DNA from: a virus
Lineage: Duplodnaviria > Caudoviricetes
DNA length: 64,000 bases
Reading direction: 5' to 3' (one strand)
IMG/VR virus record: IMGVR_UViG_3300021399_000005
Span: 1-64,000 of that record
The position numbers and the translations under genes are program-made. This document shows positions 13,853 through 27,918 of the stretch, piece by piece. Within the stretch, counting starts at the first letter, position 1, and each line of letters starts with the position of its first letter. Below the pieces are notes generated by a model. The model was not told the origin of the DNA. It made no database searches and worked only from the letters and a program-made list of their open reading frames with translations.

Positions 13853-16800
13853 ATGTCAACAAAATTTAGACCTGTTAGAGGAAAAGAGGAAAAAATTTTA
13901 AGCCAAGAAATTACAAATGGTTATTTTTACTTAGCAACTGATACAGGAAGAATTTTTATTGATACCTCTGATGGTAGAGTTTCTGTTGGAGGAGGGGCTG
14001 GCGCAAGCCTCTTCTACGCAGGAGCCGTGGGCAATGAGATTCAAAAAATAAGTGAAGATACAAGTGATAAAAATTATTTATTACCTATTTCTTCTCTTGA
14101 AAACCCAGAAGTTCTACCAAAGAAAAATGATTTAATTTTAAATTCAGATGGTAGTTTTTTCAAAATTCTTTCTTTTGAAGGAGATCAAATTCATTGTTTA
14201 CTATTGACTGTTAGCGGATCTGGTTCTGGCGGAGGTGGTGGCGGTGAAGCACAAGTAGCTGATTTAACTTTAACTGTTAACTCTTCTACAATTACCACAA
14301 ACCAAACTTTAATATATGGTCAAAAACATGAAGCAATTTTTACTGGTACCTCAACAGAAGATTCATACGTAAACTTTGAATTTAAAATTACTGGCTTAAA
14401 TGGTTGGGAGAGAACTTTCTCTAGACCTGGAATTCCTTCAGGCGAACCTTATGCTTTAGATTTATCATTTTTGCCAGTAGGAACATTTAGAATTACCGTT
14501 TCAATTTCTTCTGACAACACAAGAATGAAGGAGATGCCTACAAGAGTTATTTCTAACATTAAAGTAATTGAAATGGGATTAGAAAAATATGGAGAAAATC
14601 CAAACAGTGTTGTAAATATAAATGGTAGTGATAGACATCAAGTTAGTTTTATTCCAAGAGGAACTGGATTAAATTTAACTTTACATATATTTTCAGATGG
14701 TTCAGAAATTGAAACTAGAGCAATTACAGCTGGTTCTATTGGAACTGTAAATACAATTCCTTTACCACATCAATCTCATGGTGTTCATAATATTTCATTA
14801 AATTTAACTACTGAATTGAATGGAGAAGTTTATACTTCAACTAGTATAGAATATGAATGCGCTTGATACGATCCTGCGGACTCCACACCAATTATTTGGA
14901 TAGGAGATTATAATTCTACTGTTGTAAAATATGAAAAATGTATTATTCCTTTCATGGTTTATGACCCAGAAACGGCAGTAATAGATGGTGAAGCAACCGT
15001 TCGTTTATATTTAAATGGTACGGAACTTCCAAACTCTCCAATTCAAAAGAAATATGATTTACAATGGACAAATTGAGATGTAACTTCACATTATCAAGAA
15101 GGAAATAACGTTTTAACAATTGCTTGTGGAACAACTTCAAAAAATATTAATATATATGTTACTTTAGAAGGTTCTAGAGATTTGGATTTAGTAAAAAAAG
15201 ATTGGTTACAACTAAACCTTTCTTCTGTTGGTCGTTCTAATCTTGAAAATAGAACAAATAGACAGATTTGAGCTTATAAAAATTTCAATACGACTTTTAA
15301 TAATTTCAACTGATATAATAATGGATGGAGAGAAGATGAAACAGGCACTTTCTTATCTGTTGCAAATGGTGCTTCTGCATCAATAAATTTTCAATCTTTA
15401 ACACTTAACAATCAAAATGATTATACTTTTGAAATTAGATTTAGAGCAAGAAATATTAGAAGTTATTCAACTTTAATTAAAACAATTCCAAGATACGAAG
15501 TTAATGAACAACAAGGAGCTTATACAGTAGAAGAAATTGAAGAAAATGGTTATACTTATAAAACCGATGAAGATGGAAACTACGTAATGGATAAGAGTGC
15601 ATCTACTAAAGAAGCTTCATCTAATACTGGAGTTTGTTGCAAAATGATGGACTCTAATGGAAATGGTTTCTGCATTGGTACACAAGAAGCTTATTTCTCT
15701 GCTGGTGGAAGTATTGCTAATGTTCGATACAAAGAAAATGAGGTTATTAATATTGCCTTTGTTGTTTCTGCAACAGATAAAAACCTATTAATTTATTTAA
15801 ATGGAATTTTATCTGGTGCAATTAGTTTAACAGCTGTATCTTCTTTTATTTTAAATACTAATGTTATTGAAATAAATTCTACTTATTGTGATTTTGATTT
15901 ATATAAAATAAGAGTATATCAATCTGGATTAACTATGCCAGAAATTATTCATAACTATATTTCTGATATTGGAGATATTGATTTATATGATCAAAACCAA
16001 TTAACTGCAGATACAGATCCAACAAGACTTCTTTATACAAAAGTAGTTGAGTATAATGAAAACCAAAAGGAAAAAGTTACTAAAGATAATCTTGATAGTG
16101 GATTATTAATGCCTTATGCAGTAATAGAAACTTTAGAAGACGTAAAAGGTATTAAAGACCCTAATGATGCAGTTCATGTAAATACAGATGATAGATTACC
16201 TTATTTTAAAGGAAATGACAGATATTGTAAAATTACTTTTGTAAATCCGGCTTTAGATTTGGCATGAGAAAATGGTTGAATTGATGATAATTTTTATTTA
16301 ACCCATTCTCCAAGTTATGTAGTCGTTGGTGCAGAAATTAATGTTCAAGGAACTTCTTCTCAAGCTTATCCTCGTAGAAACTATAAAACAAAAATGAAAT
16401 CTGCGTCTGGAAGTGCGCCAGAAGGTTGGGTAGATGACGAAAACTACGCTTGAGGTTGGTACTATACCAATGGGCCAAAGAAAGGCGAAAAATTTAAAAA
16501 ATGAAATATGGATAGCGCAAGTTGCGCAACCAATAAATTTACTTGGAAAATTGACTATATGGAATCTTCTGGTTCTTATAATACTGGTTTTGCTAACTTA
16601 ATGGGAAATGGACTTTATTCTAAACATCCTCTTGAATATTATGATGATGACGGAATGAAGGGCGCAGCAGTTGGACATAGAACTTCTGTTTATGGCTTCC
16701 CTGTAATGGTGTTCCATAAGCATAATAAAGCTGGAAAATATGTTCCTTCAAATCAGCAAAGCCAAGCTTATGATGCAATTAGAAATCAATATGCTTGAAC

Positions 16801-19800
16801 TGGTAAAGAAATTAATGGCGAAACTGATGAGTGGAAGGCTTATGAATATATAGGTAGATATAATTTAAACCTTGATAAAGGTTCAAATGAATTTTATGGT
16901 TTTGAGGCAGAAGTCGAACAACCTTTTGTTAATGAACCTTGAATAGATTCTGAGACTGGAGAAGAACATGATCATCCATATATAGCAGGCGTTGCAGAGT
17001 GTTGAGAATTAAGAGATAATCAAGGAACTTGGTGTTCTTTCAAATATCCTGAAAATGTAACAAGTTTTGCAGCTTTAACAACAGAAAATACTTTAGAAGT
17101 AATAAAACATTTTGAATATCGTTATCACCCAGAAGATAAGCTAATGGATATGGTAATTGATAATACTGTTAGACCAGAAAATACTGCTGTGAAAGGATAT
17201 AATGGAAAGAAATATGATATTTCTACTCAATCAAATCTTAATAGTTATGCGAGACAAAAGTATTCTAATTTAGAAAGATTGTTTACTTGATTAAATTCAA
17301 CAAGAATTGACACTGTTCCTGCAACAGATACCGGAACCCCTTTAGCAGAGCCTGTTTCTTTTGAAGATGATATTTCATATATGGTAAGATATGAAAAGGA
17401 TGAACAAGGTAACAATACTACTGTTTTCCATTTTGTAGATTCAAGTGGAGCAGATTATGCTGGTGAAGTAATTATAAATAATATTGAAGGTAGAGATGAC
17501 CTATTTGATTTCGCAAGAGATGAAGAAAATAATATTATTACATCAATTCAAGCTCCAAAAGAATATGAGGGTGATGCAATCACAAGAAAAACTTTAGTAA
17601 CCTTTAATACAGATTGTAAAGATTATCGTTTACATAAGTTTAAAACAGAGTTTAATAATCACTTAAATTTAGATTACTGTATTCTTTATTTCATTATGAC
17701 AGAATTGCTGCTTTGCTATGATTCAAGAGGTAAAAACATGATGTTGGCATCTTTTGGACCAGACACAGTTGGAGGAGATTATATTTGATTCCCAATTTTC
17801 TATGATATTGATACTCAGTTAGGTTTAAACAATATCGGAGCAGCTTTATGAGATTATGACACAGATGCAACAATAGAAGGAACTTTCTCAACAGCAAGAA
17901 GTGTATTATGGACAAATTTGTTTGAAGTTTTCTATACTTCAATTAAAGATACTTATAGAAATTTAAGAGCAAGTAAATTAAGTCAAAGCTTTATTGAAGG
18001 TGCTTATTTATGTGACCCTAAAGTATTTACTTCTTCATACGCAATGAAAGGTTTGCGTCCAATTATTGCGCTTGGTTTGGATGAATATGTTAAATATATT
18101 GCTTGTGGTTCTTTAATTACTGGAGGCTATTATAATCAAACAGATGGTGAAGTTGTAACGGATAGTGCTTATGTTTATGCTTGTCAAGGAGATAGAAAAT
18201 TATCTCGTTCATTATTAATTAGAAATAGATTAAACTATATTGATTCTTGGTGGCTAGCAGGAAATTATACTCCAGCTCGTGTAAAGAACGAAATCATGAT
18301 TCGCGCAAACGCGAACGATAAGAGCACTTCAGATATTTACTTAGATAGCAGTAGAATTCAATCTGCTGTTGAAGGATATACATTAGCACAATATCCAGTA
18401 AAATATTTTGACGCAACACCAGAGTTTACAATAACACCTTTCTTAAATCAATATGTAACAGTTTTCTATGATGAAGACCCAGTACTTCCTTCTAAGAAAT
18501 ATAGTGGAGAAAGACCAGTTACTACTTCATTTACAACTTCGGTTGAAAATGGATATAGAACAGAGCATCCTTATAACGAACAGCTAGTTTATTTACCAGC
18601 TGGAGATAATCTATCTTCTTTTGGAGATTTAAGTACAAAATATCCTTCTCACTTTAAATTAAGTTCTGGTAAAAATTTAACAGAAATAATTTTAGGTAGC
18701 GATATTCCAGGATATAGTAATGGTCTTTTAGGTTCTGGAGAGGGTACTTTTGACCTTCACGATAATGGAACATCTGATGACCAGAGAAAAGGTTTATTGT
18801 CAAAAATTATTTTGACAAATATTCCAAATATTACTCAACCTCAAGATGTTAGAGGTTCTGAAAAATTAGTAGAATATAGAGCCTTAGGTACAAAAATTCC
18901 TTATACTACTTTTGCGGATGGCGCTCCTTTAGATACAATTCATTTACCAGATTCTACACAACAATTAACTTTGGTAAAACCAGAAAACCTAAAAAGAATT
19001 TTAACTTCAAAACCTGTTGTAATGCAAGAGGGAAGTAATGGAGAATACACTTATATAAACAGAGATTTATATAAAGGATTGTATATTGAAGGCGTTACAG
19101 ATGATGCTGAAATTGAAGATAAATTTTCAAGATTAAAAATTGTTGGTGGTGGACTTGGATATGATTCTTATTTATTACTTGAAAAACAGGTAAATAAGAA
19201 GAAAAATGTTGCGGATAAATATCTAGAAATTGACTTAGAAGATGTTCAATGGTGTCCATACTCTTTAGTTGAAAATGGAGAGGCTTATAATGAAAGTCAA
19301 ACTTATTTCTTATTAACTGACCATAACTCATTTGAAAATTATTCTTATGTAGATAATGAAACATGGGTAAAAGATTTGTTAAATGAAAGAGTCTTCATTG
19401 AAAACGAATTAAGTTCTAAGAGAAATAGCATTCAATCTTTAGATTTGTTAGATATGTTCTTAGAAGATTATCAAAATACAAGCACAGATAAAAATAATAA
19501 ATGAAGAAATGCTACAAGTGCTTCAACAAGAACTTTACCAACAATAACTGGAACAATGTATATTGATAATCCTGAAGAAAATAAAATTAATGAAGTTGAT
19601 TTATTAAATATTTATAGAGCTAATTGGCCAAGTTTAACTATCTATGCAGCACATTTAAATGAATCTTATATTTCTAAGTTTATTCAAGTTACGGATAATG
19701 GAAAAGAAGAAGTTGTTGATTTATTAAGAACCAATAGTACAACATTTAGTTTAACTTCAAAAATTCCAGTAAAAACTTATTATGATTTCATTGGTTGGGC

Positions 19801-20953
19801 AACTTCTCCAAACGCAGAAGATATTTTATATAATTATTCTGCGGACACAGGTGAGTTCACTCTCCAAGACGGAGCAAGCGCACCTACATTCTCTGAAGAA
19901 AATAAAACGATTGTTTTATATGCAATTTTTGATAGACATGAATATACTATTGATTACTATTTAGACGATGAGACTTTCTTTGAATCTAAAAAAGTTGCTT
20001 ATGGAGATTTAGTTGAGCTTCCTAGTCAAATACCATATAAAAATGATTCTAATCTAGCCATAGATAGAACATATAAATTTATGGGTTATACAACTTCTTT
20101 AGAATCTAATAGTTTTGTTAATCCTGCAAAGATTATCGCACAAAGAGACATGAGTTTCTATTGTAAGTTTAAAGAAAGTTCAGTAAGAGATAATGTTAAT
20201 TATGATTTGTTTGTCTTTGAAAGAGCAACTTTCACAGACAATATTTCTGGAGAATCGTTCTCTGGATATGCAATATCTCCAAAAGTTACTTTACAAGGAA
20301 AAATTACAATTCCAACAACTTATCAGAATGAAAAAGTTATATCTTGTAGAGGATTTAGAAATCAGACAGAGTTAACTCATCTATTTGTTCAAAGTCCTTC
20401 AGCAGCAGAAATTGTTCTTCTTGAAACAAGTTGTTTTGAATCTTGTGCTGGTTTAAAACATTGTGAACTTTTAGAATTAGATTCTTTAAGATATATTTAC
20501 GAAAGAGTATTTGCAAATTGTACAAGCTTATGCAATCGTACAATAGGTGGAGATAACCTTCATTTTATTGGAAATGGTGCTTTTATAGGTAGTTTTGGTG
20601 GAGATGTTACAGAGCCTTTAACTATTGCTCCTTCAGTAAAAAGATTAAACAATGGTACTTCTGGTATTTTCTATAACTGTCCAGTTGCTTTAGATAGTTT
20701 TGTGATTGGCGCACCTGGCCAACCAACACAATTAACAAACTGGAATACCGGAGATGTAGCACCTATTTTCTGGTGTGGAAGTATTTACCTTTCAATGGTA
20801 AAAGCCATTACAATTTATTGTAGTCCAGAAGATGCGCAAAGATTTAATGATTTAGTTTATAATTCTTCTTACACTTACTTTAGCACAGAAGTTAATCCAT
20901 TGTTTGGTACAAATACATTAGATTCTACTACTGTAGAAATAATTACGGTTTAA
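13853..20953 (+). CDS. Giant multidomain virion protein, 2366 aa: anchor, Ig-like, LamG-like, CotH-kinase-like, LRR, InlB-B-like repeats, BspA-type LRR (TGA=Trp)
   Basis: Six track ORFs (13853, 15587, 16508, 17381, 17918, 19556) are co-frame and joined via TGA; motifs QGTSSQAYPRRNYK, YDSRGKNMML..WFPIFYDIDTQLGLNN, YDFIGWATS, IGNGAF. Confidence 0.75.
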
Positions 20954-20965
20954 AAGGAGGTTTCT

Positions 20966-21184
20966 ATGATAAAAAATATTACATATACATATTTAGGAAC
21001 TAATGGAATATTAACCACTCCAATTCATTTAGAAGGTATTTATTCAACACAAAAAATTACCTTAATTGCAGAAAAAGGGAAAAAATTGACGAAAGACAAT
21101 GGAAAAACTTTTGTTAAAAAAGTTACTCTTTTAAGTGATAGTGAAGATTTAGAAAAATATATTGAAGTGGACGATATTGAATAA
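20966..21184 (+). CDS. Small hypothetical protein, 72 aa
   Basis: AGGAGG RBS; ORF track; directly follows the giant gene. Confidence 0.7.
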   Translation: MIKNITYTYLGTNGILTTPIHLEGIYSTQKITLIAEKGKKLTKDNGKTFVKKVTLLSDSEDLEKYIEVDDIE

Positions 21185-21267
21185 TCTTACTTAAAGAAAA
21201 ATAAAAATAATAAAGAGGGGAAGCTTTTGCTTCCCCTTGCCATTTATAAAAAAGGAGGTATATACAA

Positions 21268-23343
21268 GTGATTACTTATGTAAATGCGAAGAATGCCGCT
21301 AAGTATCAAATCTTGTTTGATAAAGCTACAAAAGTTTTAAATGATAATCCTACTAGTGAGGGGTCTATTACAATAAGCTCTTTAGCAAGATATTTTAGCG
21401 TTCTTAGAGATTTAATGGAATTAGATCCAACCTTTATTAGACTTCCTCTTGATGAAGAGCCTTTTGAGATTGATTTAAACACAAGAAAAATTGCAATTCC
21501 TAGTGATTTTGCTAAAAATGGAGTCGGAGTAAAAGGCGATCAGTTAGCTGAAATTATTTACTTTAAAGTTAATCGTTTCTTTGATGCACAAGACTTAAAG
21601 AATACAGATATTTATATTGAATGGTCTACTGGAAAACAAAAAGGTATTTCAAAAGCTTTTTGTGTAGATACTAAGTCTTCTGTTGGTAATATTATTTTTG
21701 GTTGGGCTATTACATCTGCAATGACCCAGGATGGAGGAGCTACATTAACCTTTGCGCCGCGTTTTGTAAAAGAAACAACAGTTTCAGAAGATTCAGTTAC
21801 ATTAACATACTCTTTAAGTACCACTCCACACACAGTAAAAATTTTAGATACTTTAGATTTAAAAAATACTAAAGATGTTGCTATTGACAATACTGATGCA
21901 GATTTAATTTTTAGTAGAATTGTAAATAGTAATTTAGATGGTGAAGATGTAATTGTTATTGACAAAGATGGAAATGACTTTTATTGGTCTAATCAGCCGA
22001 CAGGTGAAATTTGGTTTAAAGGCGATGCTGGAAGAACTGTTTTTGCTGAAGCTTGGGCAAGAGAAGGTCGTTTAAGTTATCAATGAGAAAAACAAAGTGG
22101 AGAAAACTGGTCTCCAATTAGTGGTACTTCAAATCAAGGTGATTTCGCAGTTGCTTTTGATTATACCTTATTTAGAGATGCAGGAGTTTCTTCTTTCTTA
22201 CCTAATGTAGTTTATTATGAACAAAAAGAAGATGGGGTTTATCCTGGATATTTGTATAATGATCCAAATACAGAATTGCATTTTTCTATAACAACAGATG
22301 AATCTCCAGTTAATGGAAAAAATTATTATATAATTTACACTGGAGATGATACTACCTATGGAAGAATTTTAGAAAATATTGTTTATTATGTAAAAACGGA
22401 AGATGGAAAAGGTTATCAAACTTTAGATATTAAAAAATATACAACAGGAGAAACTTTCCTTGGAAAAGAAGTAGAGCCTGCTTTAATTAAATATGGAAAA
22501 ATTTATAAAATACGAACTTCTTATACAATAATTAAACCTGGTACTTATAGAGCAAAAGCAATTGTTTCTTCAGATGGTCCAAACTCAACTGAAGTAGCAA
22601 CAATTTATTCTACTTCTGTAACAGCACCAGCCCCAGAAGAAGTAAAAACTTCAGAAGTTGGAAGTTTGAGTGCTTTCAACAAAGCAATTTCTAGTGAAGT
22701 TCAAGAAAATGTAAAATATTACTATGAAGAAACTTTAGAAGAAGTTGACCATAGTAAAATTGCTGTGTCACAAACTTTAACTGTTGATGCAACATCTATT
22801 CAAAACTTATACCCTCATAGTGATATTACTTATCAATGGGTAAAAGATGGTGTTGATATTGAAGGTGGTACAACTTCTAATTATACTGCTACTGAACCTG
22901 GTGTATATACAATTAAAGTTACAAACAGCGTAAATGGAGCAAGCAAAGAACATTTAGATACTGAAAACTTTGCTAATATTACAGCTCTTCCAAATCAACC
23001 AGTTGCCGATTGAACTGAAGGTACTGCTGCTGGTAATGTAACAAAAGGACAACCATTAAAAGTTGTTATTTCTCAAGATTTACCTTCTGAAGGTTTGTAT
23101 TTTGCATGAAAAAAAATGGTTCTTGACCCAACTCAAGAGTCTAGCATTGATACAAATATTAGCGAAAACGATATAAGTGTTTGGGGTACTGCATTGTTAC
23201 CAGAAAAAACTCAAGCAGGTACTTTTGAAAATACTTATACTCCAGATGAAACTGGTGTTTATTACTGTTTAGTTTATAATTCATTAAATGGAATTTTATC
23301 TAGTCCTTTAAAAGTTGGTAATTTCACAATAGTGGAGGGATAG
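21268..23343 (+). CDS. Baseplate upper protein (BppU)-like N-terminus plus Ig-like domains, 691 aa (TGA=Trp)
   Basis: ORFs 21268, 22252 and 23116 are co-frame; 'TYQWVKDGVDIEGGTTSNYTATEPGVYTIKVTN' is an Ig-like signature; GTG start with AGGAGG. Confidence 0.7.
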
Positions 23344-23347
23344 TCCT

Positions 23348-23950
23348 ATGATAACAACGGCGAATGAATTTTACTCTTATTATGCAAGAATACAAGATGA
23401 AAACGCGCCGTCTCTTGCGGTCCTTCTACCTGGGGAGGAACCTATTTATAATGTAAATTTAAACACAAGAGTAATAGATACTCCCGATTTTTTAAGCGTC
23501 TCGGCAGACCATTTATCAGAAACTATTTATTTTAAAGTAGATAGATATTTTGATAATGTTGATCTTACCACTACAACTTGCGTAATTAGATATATTAATG
23601 CGGATGGTGAAGGTGGAATTTATCCCGTTCCTTATTATGATATAACTACTCTTGGAAAAGAAAATAAAATTATTTTTCCTTGAGTGTTAGATGGAAAAGT
23701 TGCAAAAAAGTCAGGAAAGGTTCAATATTCTATTAGGTTTTATAAAATAAATTTAACAGACAACACTTTTACCTATTCTTTAAATACTAAAACTTCTGAA
23801 AGTTTGATTCTGTATGGAATGAAAGAAATTTCTGGCGAAGAAAACTTTCAGTTTAATGCGTCTGAAATTGATGCAATTTATGATAGAATAAATCAAATAA
23901 ATTCTTGACAAGATATTTATTGAATTGATTTAGATGGAGAGGAAGATTAA
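23348..23950 (+). CDS. BppU-like protein, paralogue of the preceding gene's N-terminus, 200 aa (TGA=Trp)
   Basis: Shares 'EP..I.LNTR.I..P.F...D.L.E.IYFKV.R.FD..DL' with the 21268 gene; TGA aligns with its TGG ('IIFPW' vs 'IIFGW'); ends TAA 23948-23950. Confidence 0.75.
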
Positions 23951-23968
23951 TTCCTCTCTTTTTTTTTA
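23938..23968 (+). terminator. Intrinsic terminator
   Basis: AGAGGAA-gattaa-TTCCTCT followed by a long T run. Confidence 0.6.
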
Positions 23969-24009
23969 TCAAAAAATATGATATGATATAATAAAAGGAG
24001 GTCTGTTTT

Positions 24010-25032
24010 ATGACAGTTTATAGTGCGTCTTGTAGTGGAAATCATCCAAATGGTTATGGAACAATGGTAATGGAAGTTTCATATGATTCAAGCAGTCCTA
24101 ATACCGTTAAGTATTCATTGTATTATAATACAGATTATTATACAACGTGATATAGTTGTACAGTTTATTTTCATGTTGTGATTGGTTCAACATCATTTGA
24201 TTTAACTATTGGTGCCCCAGATAAAGGGTCTTATGGATACCAAAAAATATATTTTGTTAATAAACAAAGTGTAAGTGTCCCAATTTCAGATGGAGGAAGT
24301 TATTATTGTGCTTTTACTGCGAGTAATAATAATAGTTGAGGTCCAATGGTTCTTAATGATCCTCATACATTTTTAACAATTCCTCAAAATCAATGAAAAA
24401 TTAACTATCATAATCTTAATGGTGCAGAAAACTGACCAGAAAATCAAATAGTAAATAAAGGTAGCTCAACAACGATATCTACATTAGTTCCACAAAGAGC
24501 TTCTCAAACCAGGACAGATAGTAATTTTATTGTTACTTTTAACGGAAATGAAGGGGCCGTTGGAGAACAAACCTTAAGCACAAATGAAGGAAATACTTAT
24601 TATTATACTTTTGGAGGATGAAAAACTTCTGAAGATGCAACAACTGCAACTTATCAACCAGGAGCATCTGTTACACCAAGTAGTGATATTAATTTATATG
24701 CGCTTTGACAAGAAACCGTAGTTTCAAACGGAGGAAAAGTAACTCTACCATATGGAAGTCGATGAGGATATACTTTAAAAGGATGGGGCACGTCAGAAAA
24801 TGCGACAACAACCATTGGTGCAGCAGGCGCGCAATATACACCAAGTCAAGATACCACTCTTTATGCAATTTGACAAGAAGACCCAGAAAAATTAACTTCT
24901 TGTTACGTAAAAAATAATAATAGTTGGAAAAAGGCTACTAGTTTTTATATAAAAAATAATAATAGTTGAATTAATACTACTCCTTTTGTTAAAAACGAAA
25001 ATAATTGACATGAAGTGGGAAAGGGTCAATAG
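24010..25032 (+). CDS. Virion accessory protein with InlB-B/Listeria-Bacteroides-like repeats, 340 aa (TGA=Trp)
   Basis: Missed by the track; AGGAGG plus ATG 24010; 'YTFGGWKTS..INLYALW' and 'GYTLKGWGTS..TLYAIW' repeats; ends TAG 25030-25032. Confidence 0.7.
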
Positions 25033-25143
25033 TTTTGGGCTATTTTGGTTAATAATATAAAAAGCTTCTTAATTCTTTATTAGAATAAGAAGATTTTTCT
25101 TTTTATTTGGTCAGTAAGATACGCAATTAAGGAGGAAAAATTT

Positions 25144-25521
25144 ATGGCTTTATTTAAAATTAATAGAGGTAATAAGCAAAGTTTGCCAACTACTTTAAAA
25201 GACGGCTGGGCTTATTTAACCTTAGATGATGAAAAATTTTACATTGATTATGTTCCAGATACTGGGACTCCCAAAAGAATTGAAGTGAATAAAGATCACC
25301 TTCAAGAAATTGGTTTAAATAATAATACAAGAGTCTATCTTTCTGGAACGGTTGAGTTGCCTACTGGTAATAAGAATGTAACTACTACTGGTTATGTTGA
25401 TTCTGGAGTATTTTTAACTACAACTCCAGGAGAATTAAATGCAACTCAATATAAAATTAGTGAACGTGCTTATATGAGTTATGATAGTGAAGATGAGGCT
25501 GTAGGCTTTACTTTTCTATAA
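25144..25521 (+). CDS. Short fibre anchor/adaptor protein, 125 aa
   Basis: N-terminus resembles the 12220/13853 anchors (FKINRG..L...DGWAYLTLD..FYID); C-terminus resembles the ends of fibre genes 27919 and 32598. Confidence 0.7.
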   Translation: MALFKINRGNKQSLPTTLKDGWAYLTLDDEKFYIDYVPDTGTPKRIEVNKDHLQEIGLNNNTRVYLSGTVELPTGNKNVTTTGYVDSGVFLTTTPGELNATQYKISERAYMSYDSEDEAVGFTFL

Positions 25522-25533
25522 GAGGTAATATTT

Positions 25534-27903
25534 ATGGCGTTAAAAATTTGATTACCTCTTGATGGAAGCTTGCGCAACCTCGGTACGGACAATCCGCAAA
25601 TTACTAATAACGGTGCAACTATTGATAATAATGGAAAAATTGGTAAATGTTATAGTTTTGGAAATAATAAATATTTTAAAATTGAAAATTATGCTACCGA
25701 ATTTTTAACTTACAATGAATTTAGTTTAAGTGTATGATTTAAATGTACAGCACAAAATACTGCGCATGGAGGGTCTGCTTTAATCTCATGTGGAAACTGA
25801 AATCAGCCTGCAAATTTATTGAATTTAGCACTTGGATATTTTAGTTCTGACCATTATACTCGTCTATTGGTGAGTGGGTCTGGTGTTTGATCAGAAGGTT
25901 ATTCGTATAATTTTTATCTTAATCAATGATATAATGTTGTGCTTACTAGCGGAAATGGTGCGGTTAGAGCATATGTAAATGGAGAGCTAATTGGCGATAG
26001 TTATGCAGCTTTTAAACCAGCATCTTTAGAACAAACATGAATTTGTATTGGGAATGGAACTTATGTTCAAGTTTTTCCTTTTTATGGATTAATGAATGAT
26101 GTTCGTATCTATAATAATTGTTTATCTGCTCTTGAAGTTAAAGAATTGAGTCAAGGTTTAGTTTTACATTATAAATTGGATGGTTTATTAGGTGGTGTTG
26201 GAGAGAATTTGCTTCCTTGTGGAGGTTTGTATACTAAAAAAAATCCTTGAACAACAACATTAAATCGAAAAGATGGGTACGCTTGGGTTCCTAATAGTGC
26301 TTTTGAGGGTAAACCTTCTACGACTTATACTATTTCTGTTGAATGTGATGGGACTTTAAATGATAGGCATGGAAGTTTAGGTAATTTAACAATTGTAGAT
26401 AAACCTTGAACATTTTGATTATATGTTAGTAATGTAGATACTACAAAATCTTGATCTACGGGATCGTATGATTCTGCAATTAATTTAACAAGTGCAAATC
26501 ATAATTATCAAAAAATTGGCAATACCCATGTTTGAACTTATACTTTATCAAGCTCTCAAAAATATATTTCTTTAAGAACAAATTCATATAGCGATGGAAC
26601 AAACAATGTTACTATTAATTGATGAAATATGAAGATTGAAGAAGGAGATACTTTTACTTCATATATACAACCTCTGTCGGATTTAAATTTAGATACTACT
26701 AAAATTTATGATTCTTCTGGTTATGGTAACGATGGAATTTTGACTGGAATATTAGAAACATCTAATGATACGTCAAAGTATCAACTATCTTCTTTTTTTA
26801 ATGGTATTGATACAGCTATACAAATTCCATACAATGCAACAGTTTGACAAGATAATTTTACGATAAATTTATGATTTAAAAAAAATGAGTTAGGTAGTAA
26901 AAATTATGAAACTCTTATTGGAGGGCCTTCTGGTTTTGAAATGGATACTAGAGCAGGTAGTGCTACTACTTTAAGCTTTTATATGGCATCTGTACGAGGC
27001 GGCAATGTATATTCTCCATTTAATTTTGGAGAATGATATATGGTAACTTTAGTTAATAATGGAATCAATGAATTATATTATGTTAATGGAAATTTAGTTA
27101 AAACAATAGAAAAAAAATCTATGCCAACAGGTAATTATTTTATAGGTGCTTGACAGACCAAAGCAAAACAAAATTATAAAGGAGAAATGTCTGATTTTCG
27201 TATTTACGCGACTGCTTTAGATGAAAAGGCAATTAAGAAACTTTATAATACTCCAACAGAAATAGATAAAAATCATAATTATCACACAATGGAAATTGTA
27301 GAAAATAATGGTGGAGGAAGGGAGTTAATGGCTGGTTTGGTTTGAACAAGCCCTTATAATAGACATGATCCCACAACTTACCCACATACTATTTTTAATT
27401 CTAAAAAAGAACATTATCTTGAGGGGAGTAATATTTCAATAGGTTCTGAATATGTAAAAATTAATCCAGTAGGAAAAACCTATTATTATGATATGGAAAT
27501 ATCTGTTTCTGCGGGAAATCAAGTTTACATAGGATTTGAAAGATATGATAAGGATAAAACATCTCGTGCTAATAATGCTTGTATTTATGCCAAATCAATT
27601 AAACCTACAACAGATTTAATTCATAAGCGGTATTTTGGAACTATTAATTTGGCTACAGATGGTACAAATCAAACAGATACAATAGCTTTAAGAATTTTAA
27701 ATGGTTGAGGAGGAACAACAGAAAATAGTACAAAAATTATGACAATTCATTATTTAAGTTTACGAGAAATAGATGGAAATATAACGCAACCACGAATAGA
27801 AAAAAACGGAATTACTTTTGGAGATGAGTTTATTGAAAAAGATAGCGATAATACATTTTTTAAGAATGGTTTTATAGGTGGTTCTGTTTTAATAGAAAAG
27901 TAG
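25534..27903 (+). CDS. LamG/concanavalin-like lectin domain tail protein 1, 789 aa (TGA=Trp)
   Basis: ATG 25534 MALKIW(TGA)LPLDG; LamG motifs 'W YNVVL..YVNGEL..GLMNDVRIYNNCLSALEVKEL' and 'DSSGYGNDG'; ends TAG 27901-27903. Confidence 0.8.
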
Positions 27904-27918
27904 AAAGGGGAATAAGAT

